Origin: Gonapodya sp. JEL0774
Lineage: Eukaryota
Assembly: GCA_027604505.1 (NCBI GenBank)
Contig: JADIIX010000076.1
Coordinates: 1-64,000, forward strand
DNA: 64,000 nt
Direction: 5' to 3'
The translations under genes and the position numbers were made by a program. The notes under the pieces are model-generated. The model saw nothing but the letters and a program-made list of their open reading frames with translations, was not told the origin of the DNA and searched no databases. Below are positions 22,758 through 38,494 of this stretch, one piece after another (position 1 is the first letter of the stretch; every line of letters begins with the position of its first letter).

Positions 22758-25700
22758 ATGCCAACTCCAGGCAAAGCGACGCCCACGAAACGGGCAAGCT
22801 CCGTTTTGAGAGACGATTACATCTTAGAATCTGCTGGCAAACGAAGAAGGACATCGGTGGGTCGTGTGTAAGCTCAACGTCGGACGCTCACGGAGGAGCG
22901 TGACGTTTTCGTCATTCTGCCCCACTGTCCCAGGTTGGCCCGCGAAGTATTCTCAAGTCGCCATCACGGACCGTCACAGATGAGGACATCGAGGCCGCAT
23001 TCGCCGCACAGCAATCGCCAGTGACCAAGGTCCCGACGCCCAGGAAAGTCGAGTTTGGCAAGGACCGCAACGACACAGAGCCTAGGTAAGAACCTCATCA
23101 ACTTTTATAAAATTAGAGAAGGAGATATGAGTGTGTATTTCGCCCTCCGTTCTCAAACAAACTCCTTTTGGCGACGAAAGGCTTTACCGAAACGCTGCAT
23201 CCCGCAAGTCAATCAATTCTCGACGAGTTAGCTTCGCTTCAACGGCACACCTTCGGTAGGTTGTAAGCTCATTGACTTCACGCTTTGAGGATTTTTGTTC
23301 GATATTCGAAACGATTGGTCTCCAGAGTATTCAATAAGGACGAGACCTTTGTCAAGAGCGAGAACACGTTGCAGCGGGCTGAACTGGACGAACCCGACAT
23401 CAACTTCGAGATTGAGGAGCAGCAACTTGGCGGAGCTGTCGCTTTCCAGATACCAAACATATCTTCCGTGCGGCGCACCAGGTGAGGATATATGGATTGA
23501 ACTAATCTCTACATGTAATTGCTCACGGTTGCCTTTGCAAGCGAAACATTTGGATTACGGTTTGACGTTCCTGGCTCTAAGGACGACGTCAATATCAGCG
23601 TCAGCAGTGACACTTCGTGAGTAGTGAGCTCTTGTCCCCTTGGAACCCAAGTAATAACACAAGTGCTCTCTGCTGCTGCAGCTCAAACAAAAGTATTGAT
23701 GTCCCCGTGAAAGGCTCGCCGCTTTCTCAGTCAAACCAACGTCGGCGATCGCTCTTGGAGGCAGAGAACCAACCGGAGTCAAGCATCGTGGCAGACGCTA
23801 GCCCTGACTTTGAATTCACGGTCAGCACGGTTGACCACGAGACGTCCATGCTGGACGATGACATTACCCCTGAGATTCATGCTGTCAGCATTTCCCTGGA
23901 ATCCCCTTCGTCGGTTCGGAGGTCACCCGGAAGGTCAAGTACGAGGCGAGACCAACAGTCAACGCCCAATTCTCCAGCCAGGTCCGCCACAGCCGGCTCT
24001 CCCAGTATTCCATCTCCAGGCCGTCGGGACTCTGTGGTGTCGCAGCAGCTTGACAGTGATGACGGTTTCGGGGACAGTTTCGATGAAGCAGATTTCTCCA
24101 TGGTCAGCGCGGTCGGAGAAATCAGTAAGTTACAAAATTTAGTTTAGTATGAATTTGCTCCGTGTGCAGCACTCAATCATGCTCTTCACAGAAGAACTCG
24201 GTCCGCGTATGAGTCTTCGAAGCCGCAGGAGCTCAGGAGCCAGTCGCCGAAGCTCCATAGCGATAGGCACCAAAAGCCGTCGTGGTAGTGGAGTGTCATC
24301 AGAGTCCAAGGAAACCAGTCGAAAGGACGTATTATCTGCACTCGTCGAAGCAGTGTCGCCAACGAACAACAAGAGCAGTCCCGGGAAGAGCGGAATCGAC
24401 CACCGTGAAGTCAAGCAAACCGTTTCAGATTCACCATTTGTTGTGCATGTGGCAGAGAAGCCCACTGCTCGCTCTAAGTTCCGGGTCTCCCGTGAGTATG
24501 ACTTTACATGGGATCTATCACCCTCGGTTCAATCCTCATTTCGTTAACACCACAGAGCTTTTCATCGGGGCTGACAAAGAGAACATGCCATTGAGCGACC
24601 AAGAAGGTGATCTGCCGTTATGTTATTTCACTGATCAGTGCGCAATCGGCAAATCTCTGAAATTCACATCTTCAACCAGGCGAGGGTGATCTTGCCAGTC
24701 CCCAATCTCCAGAGTTCAGTTTCCGGGCCGGAATAGAAAGTCCGTTTGTCGTTCGTGAAGGTCGGTTTGCCCCTTGTGCTCGCGCTACCCTCCAACACTT
24801 CATACTTAAGCTTATGTAGACTCAAGATCCCCCACTCCCGACCCATTCGGAACCGAAAACGATGAAAACATGACGGTAGACTTAACGGTTGGAGTTGGTC
24901 GACTCGTTGGAACTGCTGGTGCAAATATCGTTTTTGATTCAGGCGAGATAGAATCCAACTCTGGTGTGTGCTGGGTGGTTTAACATTTTCGACTCGACTG
25001 GCTAAAACGCTATCCACCGTCAATATCCGATAGCTCACAAGAACCGAAGGAATTCAGTCGCGAACCGAAATGCTTCACAAAGTCTCGACCGGAAGAACAT
25101 TTTCTCTTACGGGTCTGGTGCAGTTACCCCGAAGCTTCTCAGCTTCAAGCAAGTTGAGGAAGGTGAGCATAACCATCAATTACGAGTTACTCAATTCTAT
25201 TCTGAGCAGTTGGGTTTTGCAGATCATGCTCTCTCTCCGGCTTCAAATTACGCTGCAGACTTTGACGATCAACAAGACACAGCATCGTCGCTTTCTTCGC
25301 TCGAAGATGATACTTTTCACGGCAAGACAACTACTGCTGCCTTACGCGTGTCGGAAGTGTTCCCTACACCTCGCGCAGACACAGTGTCTCCTGTTGTGGG
25401 TGCCGCAGTTGATCCCCACCGGGGTCACGGATTCACGGCAGACAACACAACAGAAAGCAATTCGGGTATCCAAATATCTCCCAGTTCCCATCCAGAGCAA
25501 AGTCCTCCCTCTATCATGTCGCCGTCGAGCTCACCGGCTCGCAGGAAACCTTCAACCCCGCGAAAGGCGTCTCCAGGGTCGAAGAATCCCACTCCAGAGT
25601 CTGCTGCACGCAAGCAACTCACTTCACCTGCCTCCGCAAAATCGCCTAACATTTCATCGAGAAAATCACCTCGCAGAAGTTCAGCGCCTGATAAAGAAGA

Positions 25701-28406
25701 AATCCGGACCTCCGAAACACCTCAGCAGCCCCAATCGGCAAGCCCACCGCGTCACCAGCAGTGTTTGCTTTCGAGCCCAACAAGAAAGTCCCCAGCACCT
25801 TCAGACCGTCGTCCGCCTCTGGGAGCTGGCGTCTCGCCATTAAGAAGGAGAGCGAGCATTGCGGCCGCCACTTTAGCTTTGCGAGCGCGCGCAACTGAGC
25901 CGTCGGAACCACTATCACCAATCCGAGAGCACTTCACTGTACCGAGCAAACCCGACTTCGCTTCGTCTGGGTCCAATTCGGAAAAGCCCATTTCAACCGA
26001 TGATACGGACGTTCCCTTTTCTGAAAAGACTTTAGGTCGAATGGAAAGTGTGTTTCTCCCGTCTAACTTCGTCTTTCGTGATGTTAATCCAAAAATATTG
26101 GAAGTCGATATGTTGACAGACGAGATGCCGGCACCTGACTCCCCAAATGACTCATTTTCGTCGGTGAGTTTTCAATATGAAGCGAAAACTCCGGTTCATT
26201 TTCTCAATCCAAGATTCCTTTAAGGATTTGGTGATCGCTCCACCTTCGACGCTGAGCCTAGATTCATTTATGAAAATATGCAACATCAGTTTCGGCGGCC
26301 AATCAACATCCTTGATCCCAGATGTGCCAACGGTTTTATCCCCAGCAGCTGGTTGGCATCCTTCGCTGTTTTCTATTCGGCACCCTCTCACTTGATTTTC
26401 GTTTCCAGCTTTTGAATTGAAGGCAGACACACTTCAAGCGGTGTTCATTGGATCCAATGAAGTGTGCCTTCTTCATGTGAGTTCAAATTATACGTATCCT
26501 GTTCTCTTCTGATTCAATAACTCTTCCCAGAATTCCCGCGAGTTTGAGAGTAACCTTTCTCTCCTCGAAACTACTGTCCTCGATTTTAACAAGAGAGCCA
26601 CCGAAGAAATGCCGTTGGTTATTTTGGATTATTTCAATGCGCCTGCAGATGAGCAGGCGAGCTTTCGAGTGAGTCCTGACGAGAAGCATGTGAACATCGA
26701 CCATGTCAATCAATCATACTACTCCGAAAGACAAAAATCGAGCGCATGAAGATTTTGCAGTCCATGTGTTACGAGACCTTCCGCCAGAAGTACCTACAAG
26801 AGTTTAACGCCTCAGTGATAACCTATCTGACTCCTAATCTCCAACTTCTCCGAGAGGTATGTAAGGCTTTCTGCACTCATCCTTCAGGATCTGACAAACT
26901 GCGCCCCTGTCCTCATCAGGAGCTCAATCTGATATCCGAGAAGCGAAGGCTCATGACAGGCCAAATCCCCAGCTTTGTTGCGGAGAAAGATCGTCTCAGT
27001 CTCGCTTTCGAAAAGCTACGTCAGTGGTAAGTGGGAAGTGCTCATCCCTCTCTTCCCTCTTCCCTTCCCATACCATAACCGTTCAGCACCACCGAGCTCG
27101 CTCCTTCGTATGAGGCCGAGAGACTTTCTCTTGCGAAGCGTGATATGGAAGCGCGGTATGCATAACTGAATGTTCTCCCATGTCAATTTTACATCTTGAA
27201 ACCGGAACCCAGATCAAAGCCTGACGTCCTCCGAGAAAGGAAAAAAGTCTTGTTGGCACAACTTGAAGCAGCCAAGAAGGAAGGCCATCAACTCTCAACT
27301 GAGCACTCCACTCTTGTGACTGTAAGTTACGTTCTCCGAACCCCTCGAGATGCGAATTGAAACAATTTGTTTCCAGCAAATATCCGACGCCAAAGAAAAA
27401 ATGGTTGCGAAGAAAGTGCTAACCGTGAGAGAATTCACTGGTCTTCAAGGTGACTATGTATTTTTGCTTTTGCCTGCGCAATCTGATCCAAGGCAATCTT
27501 CTTTACTCTGGCAGAGGACCATCGGGTATTTGTAGCCGCAACTTCATGGGCGCCTCTTCGAGTGTGTGCCTCAAACCTAGCTCTGCGTTACGACGACGCC
27601 GTCACTTTGTCGTTTTCGCGAATGCTTTCGGAAGAAAAATTCACTGCCAACGTTGATCTTGTAAACAGCATGGTGAGACCTTCACCCTTGAAGGGAAGTT
27701 GGGGTTCGAAGACTCGAGCAGCTTACCATTCTTTGCAGAAATCGATCAAAGCAGCATGGAACAATCGCAAAGCTTTGGATATTCAAAAAGTGATTGTTGT
27801 TACGTACTTCTGACATGTCTGATCGCTAAGTTCACATTATATTTCTGTACACTTAGCTTGAGGGAACCCTTCGCAACGTCGTGGCGAAATGGGACAAGGG
27901 GGTTCGCTTTGATGAAATTAGCAAGGTTAGTGCGATGGCCTTCCTCTCGATGGGAAGCAATACTGAATTGAATACTTTGTAGGTGATGGAAGATGTCAGT
28001 TACACATGGGATCGCTTGAAATTGTTCTTGAGAGATGTCACAAGTATACGTGACTTTGCGAATGTCACGTTGGAGGTTGAGCCAGACTCGCAAACTGGTG
28101 TCCCTCGACTTTCTGCTTCAGTGCTCTTCTTTGATTTGCAAGCGAGGACCCGATTCAGCCTTGTATTTTATGCTGATGGTGATGGGGTTGTTACATATCC
28201 ATTCGGCACGCTCTGTTGGTCGTTTGATTATTGCTATGGTGACGTAAGGTATGTCTATCGTCAGTGACTCTGATACACTTGTCATTGAACTGATATCAAT
28301 TTTTTTCAGAGAGGAGAATGTGCGAAATATTATCGAAGTTACGCCGAATGAGTATGGGCGTATGACTGCTGTTTGTCGGGAAGTGCGGAAGACTCTTTGT
28401 ACCTGA
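22758..28406 (+). CDS. SPC105: Kinetochore scaffold Spc105/Spc7/KNL1
   Basis: N-terminal PP1-docking motifs RSILK (about 22943-22957) and RRVSFA (23221-23238), a long S/P-rich disordered middle, Spc7-like LSLDSFMKICNISF, a coiled coil and an RWD-like C-terminus. Internal exon structure is only partly resolved. Confidence 0.8.
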
Positions 28407-28572
28407 GATTGTTGGTGATCGTTCTTTGTGGAATGTTTGAGGACTCCTTGGACCAAAGTCGACGGTTCTGTATGATTAATATTATACTTTGCTATTTTGC
28501 TCATCATTGATGAACGAGAACGGTGTGAGACTGGGAAGGTGGAATATCCCAGGTACACAGGGAAGGGAACAG

Positions 28573-28790
28573 ATTAATTGATTCGAGCTCATGGCCGGAC
28601 ATTCGCCCTCAAACTCGACAAAATCACCTTGGAATCTTCATCTTGCTGCTTTGAAAGACGAGTTTCCAGGCCGGACTCGTGAAATCGATGCTCTAGCAAG
28701 TCTCCTCGTTGGCACACCGTCGTCAGTCCCTCTTCCGACTTCCCCCGACCAACGACAGCCAACCCCGAACCCGTCCTCTGCATCTCTTTT
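28573..28790 (+). repeat. Diverged duplicate of the ORC5 5' end (8330 to about 8545)
   Basis: 18 nt of identical 5' flank plus the ATG and about 65 alignable codons ([28 protein letters not shown]). Confidence 0.95.
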
Positions 28791-31700
28791 TGGTGTTGAT
28801 AGGTATTGCTCTTCTCTGGAGTTCTGCATATCATCGGCAGCTAATCATCCGACAATCACAATTCAAGTGAAGGAGCTAAGATTGCGTCCACAAACCCTTC
28901 AAATGACGCAAAGTGAGAGAATCGGCGTTTTTCTCCCCCTTGTTGGATCACAACCAATCTGGTTTTGTCGTGACAAAGCGATATCGAGTTCCCAAAACTG
29001 TACAACGCAGATCAAATCTCACTCGACATCGGAGGATCCCTGACTAAAGTAGTTTGGTTCTCTCGTGGTGGAGAGAAAGGAGGTGGTCGACTCAATTTCA
29101 AAAGGTTTGAAACGGATGGCGCGCTTGACGAGTGCTTGGATTTCGTGGATCAGTTGCTGGACTTGGAAGGTGGCAGGAGTGAGGAAGTCTTGGGCACGGG
29201 CAGGCCTTCAAGTGAGGTGAGATTCAATTGTACTAAGGTTCAACTGATACAGATGAGCTGTGATACTGACAGCCCCACATCTTCACAAAAAGCCTCGACA
29301 TGCTAAAGTTCCTCGAAATCAGCGGGTGGGTCTTGTAGCTTTCTTCAAACTATTAAGGCTCTAAGTGTTTTAAATCACTTATGTGATTTGAAAGACAATT
29401 TTGGCAACAGGAGGAGGTGAGTCTCACGGTCATCACCAACGATGGGATCTGGATTGATATGTACCTCAATGATGCAGGCGCTTTTAAGTATAAAGCGCTT
29501 ATCGAGAGTCGACTCAATGTAATAGTGCAATCAGAGGATGAGATGGAGTGTCTTCTCACGGGGCTAAACTTTTTGCTGAGAGTATGTCCCAAAAGAGCGG
29601 TAGTGCTTGGATCAGGAGTGCAATTACACCAACCATCTATTTCCACCTACAGGAAATACCTGATGAGTGCTTTTCTTATGATGAGAATCGCCCGGAGCCC
29701 ATGTTTTTCGAGAGAATCACGTCGGATATCTACCCGTACCTCTTGGTTGGTTGCACGGTCTCTTCGCACTCCACGTCGAGATATGTCACATTTGCCTTGT
29801 AAATAACAGGTCAACATTGGCTCAGGCGTCAGTATTCTCAAAGTATCAGGAGAAGATCAATTTGAACGGATATCTGGAACAAGCGTTGGTGGCGGAACAC
29901 TGTGGGGTATCTTGGTAGTATTCCTTCTTCTCATCACTGAAAACGGCGCAAAATTTTCATACTGCCGCTATTGTAGTCTCTTCTGACACCAGCCCAGAAG
30001 TATGATGACATGCTCGAGTTGTCCAAGCAAGGGGACAACAAGAATGTAGATATGTGAGGTTCGTTTGGTGTTCTTCAATTGCGAGGCGAAAGGAGTTCCC
30101 TAACAATCCAATCTGATTTGGCAGGCTCGTTGGCGACATATATGGAACGTGAGAGTAGAACTCCAGAGATGCTAGTATTTTGTGACACTAAGTTTTTCCG
30201 TTCAGCGACTATTCTCGCGTCGGTCTGAAAACCACTACCATTGCTTCGAGTTTTGGGAAAGTGTGTCAGACACTGCGTAGTGTTGCTGTTCCCAAATCGC
30301 AAATAACTGAAATTCTCTACCATCAGGTGTTTAAGAAGCCGCCAGCGGAACGGAAGCTCACTAAAGCAGAAGATATCTGTCAATCATTACTTTTTATGAT
30401 CAGCAACAACATTGGCCAGATAGCTTACCTCAACGCACAACTACACGGCATAGAACGCATCTTCTTTGGTGGATCGTTTATCCGCGGCCACTCACCAACT
30501 ATGAACACGCTTTCGTTTGCCGTAAACTTTTGGAGTAGAGGGAAAATGAGGGCATACTTCCTTCGACATGAAGGATATCTTGGTGCTGTTGGTGCCTTCC
30601 TCAAGCATACTCCGAAAGTGAGTTGGTTATACGTGTCTGTCCTTCAAAGTGATTGAATATTGACAGATCAGAAACGAAAAAGCGTTTGCGATCAGGCTCA
30701 TTCTATGAAAACTTTACCCTCGCTGACAGGAACACCGCCGCAAGTTTGTCGGCTGTGGGCACATTGGACGTTGTTCCTAAACCGTGAGTTCGAGAGGTAG
30801 TTGATTCGACTCGCGACTCTCGACTCTCAACACATTCCATCTTTTACTTCTTTACTTCTCGACGCAGCTTGGTCTCATTTCCGCTGCTTGCGAATCCCGA
30901 CACATATCAACCGGACACTATGGACTTGCCTTCCAATCCTCGCCTCACCCAAGAATGGATTGACATACTCGAACGCAACCTGCATCAATTGGTGGAAATG
31001 GCGTTGACGTGGTCTGGGAATGCCTTTTCCGAAGATAGACAAGGAAAGGCAGAACTGTTCGAGTCGACATACCGGAATCATCTCGCTCGCCTTCGCGCTG
31101 AACCCCACGCTTACGGCACACCTTCCGTGCGCAGTCTTCTCATTCTCCGCGAGCAGTGTCTTCATGAAATGGGGTTCTTCGACAGTGAGATCCGATGAAT
31201 TTTGTGAACCTTTTTCATTTATCGAATGTTTACTTTGCAGTTTACGAACATGTTAAGAAGCAAGAACGGGAAGCAGCGCTTGCTGCATTTGCTCGGGTGA
31301 TTGAGAAAACAGACGTGATATCGGATCCCCAGGAGAGACTCACAGAGCTTATCGAAAATGTCGCTGCCGGCAACATGGTAAGTTCCATCCATACCAGTCC
31401 CTGGTCTTTGAAGCTCAACTGGTTGCCCAACATCGAATGTATTAACTCAGTTTGACTGGGGTGAGTGCGTTTCGATCTCCTTCCATGCTGAGACTGTTCG
31501 GGAGATTCTATCTTCGGAATTGCCTCAGGAAGCACCAAAATCATCGAAATGCTCAAAACTGGGGATCTCGATTTCGATTCCGCTAAGGTAATCAAAACCG
31601 TGTGTTTTGGTGTTTATATCTTAACGATCATTTGCACCAGACGAAAGTGAAGAAATCCTCGAAGTGGTGGCAGGTTTCGACACTCGTTAATCGCCTTGTA

Positions 31701-32392
31701 AATGAACCTGCCCCCAAGAGAGTCGTGATATTCGTCGACAACAGTGGAGCAGACATAATCTTAGGAATTCTGCCTTTTGTCAGGGCCTTCATTCAAATGG
31801 ATAGCTATGTTATTCTTGCGGCAAACACGTATCCTGCAGTCAATGATGTGACCGTGAGTTGAAATCATAGGAATAATCAGATCGACCAATCACATAGATG
31901 CATACTATCACAGGTCTCAGAACTCCACGAGATACTTGCGATAGTTTCAAACGACGATAGAGTGTTGGGTGAAGCTTACCGGAATGGGAAGCTGAGATGC
32001 TTGGGTACGGGTTCTGGGGCTCCTTGCCTGGGTAAATATGGTGTCGATTCGCTCGGTGGATGAATAACACAGTAATCCGTACCTTTTCCTTCCCGTAATC
32101 AAAAAGACTTTCGACGTATAGATAGAGATTTGGCAGAAGAGACCCTCGCTGCTGATTTTGTCATCGTGGAGGGCATGGGACGGTAAGTGAAAGTAATTTT
32201 CCTTTTCAATTGCGATTGATCAATTCTCCCTCATTGTCTAGTGCCATTCATACAAACTTAAATGCCGAGTTCACCGTAGAATCGTTGAAAATTGCGGTGT
32301 TCAAGAACCGCAGCGTGGCAGACTATGTTGGTGCGGATATGTACGATGGACTTTGTTTGTATGGTCGTGGACAAGGGAAAAAGTCACACTAG
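28591..32392 (+). CDS. Type II pantothenate kinase fused to a C-terminal DUF89 phosphatase domain (PANK4/plant PanK2 architecture); first exon is ORC5-derived
   Basis: Kinase motifs [69 protein letters not shown]89 motifs [30 protein letters not shown]. The start codon assignment is less certain than the gene identity. Confidence 0.92.
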
Positions 32393-32455
32393 TTATGCAC
32401 TGTGACAGCATGGTAATCTGCCATCCTTGTATTCCTCTTTTGTGTGGTTTATACT

Positions 32456-34318
32456 CTATTTGTCCGTTGTGCGATTGGGTAACAAGCAACTTATCATTCC
32501 GAAGTTCCCATTTATCATCCAATTTGGGTCCTGGGCGTTTAATTGTTGATCTTGACCCTTTGCGAGTCCCACAGCGACATTTGCCTTGGCGGTGCGAAGG
32601 GCAACCAAAGGGACACACACTTTGGCCGACAGAGGACCGCATGCCTGGGCAAAGGGAGTGTCTATCGGCCACGATATGTCATAAACAAGCTTCCTGTAGT
32701 TTAAGTCACCCTTAAAAATGACCAAAGCCGATGGTGATTTTTCGCCAAAGAGCATGCTGTTCAGAAACAAAGACATTGGAAAATTGTATAAATTGTTAAA
32801 AACATCCAAGTGATTCCATTCAATCTGCACACCTGAAAAGAGCTGGATCTGCAGTTGGCAGGTGCCAATACGAGTATGGTGTGGTGAAGAATTGGGGAGA
32901 CTTAAAGTCCCATGTTCCATCTTCAATCCAAGCGGTCCATGTCTTTCCCAAATTCGAGACAAAGGCACCATGGGAATCAACGAAATCTGGAGTATTATCC
33001 AGCAGCGCCTTGATACTGAGGTGAAAGTCTCTATGTGTCGTATCAGATACGAACCACGGAATTGCCTTCCCGAAAAAGCGGATGCGGGCGCACAACTTTG
33101 ATGCAATCAAGAAATGGGCCAGCACCAAGTCGGTCAGTAGCTCAAATCCTGCGTTCTAGAATGCTAAGAATTCATCTCTCATTGTATGCTTTTAATCCGT
33201 TGGCTTGCACTCACGTCGAGTACGATGTCGATAACCTTTCCCTCTGCGGCCCGCACAATGGTCCAGAGAATTTGTGAGTCATTCACAATAATTCTATCTT
33301 TCATTTTTTCGAGTTGGGCATACGTGTCTTCTTGCATCAAGTGGGTACTGTTTTTGGCAACATGGAGTGACAAACTGACACAGGGCGATGATTGACAAAA
33401 ACTCAAAGAAAGTTCGGAATTCAGAAGTAATCACTCGACTTGATTACCCCAGAGTGATGACTTCGTTGTAAAACCAGTGGTAGTAGTGATAACGGTCAGG
33501 AGCAGAGAAATTATCATGCAGTTCTCTTGGGGGGGCTGACCATAAGTATTTCTTGGAAGGCTGCTTCAACCGCACTTGCTTCTCCTGTTGCGGTAGACTC
33601 TACAAGAACCTCCTGTGAGTGGAAACGGGGGTAGTTCTGGGTGAGGTCAAGGCCAGGCTGACTTTTCCTGACCACTAACCAGGCGCTCTGCTAAAACAGA
33701 AAAACCTTTCCAGGAGGCCTTCAAATTTGCGTCTTTTTGGGATGCAAACGGGTCGTATGTCCCCCAGTCGAGGGCAGGATCCTCATTGCGATTCTTCGCA
33801 AATAGTTCTCGAACACGACGGTAGAGGTAGCACTCAGCTGAGCAGTGTTAGTTGCGAATTGCGTATCATATCGGTTGCTGTTATTTCTCTCACCGAAGAG
33901 CCATGGCGCTTGAAACCATGTCCTTTGGTTTTCCTCTCCTCGCCACCAATTGGTTAGCAGCTGATTCCAAAGCTGAACATCCGGATCTCCGTCATCTTCA
34001 ATCTCGCGTAGCTTCATGTCCCTTGTGAGCTCATGTCGCAGCTTTCCAACCTCTGCAATGATCTCCTTTGCAGTTTTTGTTCGAGGATTGTTTCCATCAT
34101 ACTTGGAGTAATGCGAGTACAAATCGTTCACGACAGAAGTTAGGATCGCTGGCCACCGTCGGACTATGTGTTGAAGACGAAGTGAAAAGATGTCGTCACC
34201 TTTGCAATCCTTGCAACAAGAACTTACCGGCAGAATCAAAGGGGAACGAATCGGGTGTCTTACAGTAAAGGAACGGATACGGAGGAATCACAACAGGATC
34301 AACCAGTACCGAATCCAT
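32456..34318 (-). CDS. ARMT1: ARMT1/YMR027W-like DUF89 damage-control metal-dependent phosphatase
   Basis: RRWPAIL, WFQAPWLF|AECYLYR, DPFASQK, IDIVLD|NAGFEL, KAIPWFVSDTT, IFKGDLNYRKL, LRTAKA, WMINGNFGMI. Confidence 0.9.
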
Positions 34319-34595
34319 TTGAAGCACGATTGAAACCAGGACTTTCGTGGTTGTCCCTGTCTCCTCCCCGCAGCGATCACTTTATTTCCACTCTGCGCAA
34401 GTGAAAAGTCTTTTGCACAATCCATGAAAACGGTTCTTCTCTTCACTCGACTTAGAAAATCACATTATGTTACCAATTGTCTTTTGTTTGCTGATACCAG
34501 GCGGAAGAAACATGAGCGTGACAGAAGCGCTGCGACCAAAAACTTTATGAGCATCTTGACAGGAGAAGCACTATCGCGAAAATGCTCATTAGATT

Positions 34596-37595
<3,000 letters not shown>

Positions 37596-38494
37596 GAGAA
37601 CTGATGCAGGTGTTCTGAGGTAATCGCTGGTCTGACGCACCACGTAATCGCAGGCAAAAGTCGTGAGGCTTTCCCTTTTGTAGGATCACCGGATTGAGGG
37701 AGCTGGAGGGTTGTAATTTATCCTCGACCTCCGCATGGATCAATCGCAGAATTCGTTTAGTCGTTTTACTGATGTGATGGGTAATAGAACTGTCTGTATT
37801 ACATAAGTCGTTGTCGGGCGAAATCGCTACACAGTTGCACGGGGAGCCACACAAAATTAATGTCGGCCAGAATCAAACGTCATTTTCCTGTCCCCGCCCC
37901 TACTACGACACCCCACTGCAACTTGCCGCAAATGTCTATGAGAGAGAATAACAAAATGAGAATCCAATTATGTTCGACCCCCGTGAGATCATGACTTGCC
38001 CACTGATGCACATCTCCAAGTTCCGACCCTCCCCTCCCTCCTCTTCTACGGACTTTCCAATGCCAAAGTCATTCTACGCAAATGAAGCGAGCTCCGAAGC
38101 GAGAGGTCCATCCCAAAGAAGAACGACGCGAATAGTGCGACACCGGAATCAAAAAGGATGAGGTATTTCATACAAGAGAAGCAACGTATGATATGCATCT
38201 TAGTATGGTCGTGCACTCGCCCACTTTCCGTGAATATTTTGCATATCCTGAGGATGTCCCTTTTCGTCACGAACAGTGGAGAAGTTTGCCATTTGTGTAA
38301 CAGAATCCAAACCGACACCTGAATCACGATTTCGCATTCATGGTAGATCTCACATTTTCTAATGATAAAAGATCCTTTCCTTTTTATAAACACGGATGAG
38401 TCTCCGTCAGGAACGAGAGATAGCCCACAACTAAACAGAGCAGTATTTGACCCGAATACTCATGCGTTTATGATGTCAAGATGTGCTCTTCATT

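Noticed and set aside
23039..23060. KVEF as a phosphomimetic replacement of the KNL1 RVSF motif
   Set aside because: A canonical RRVSF is present in the next exon (23221-23235).
28855..28880. Apparent frameshift between TITIQV and EGAKIA at the start of PanK
   Set aside because: More simply explained by a 65-nt intron (28803-28867) with a CTAAT branch point; a one-base sequencing error is not fully excluded.
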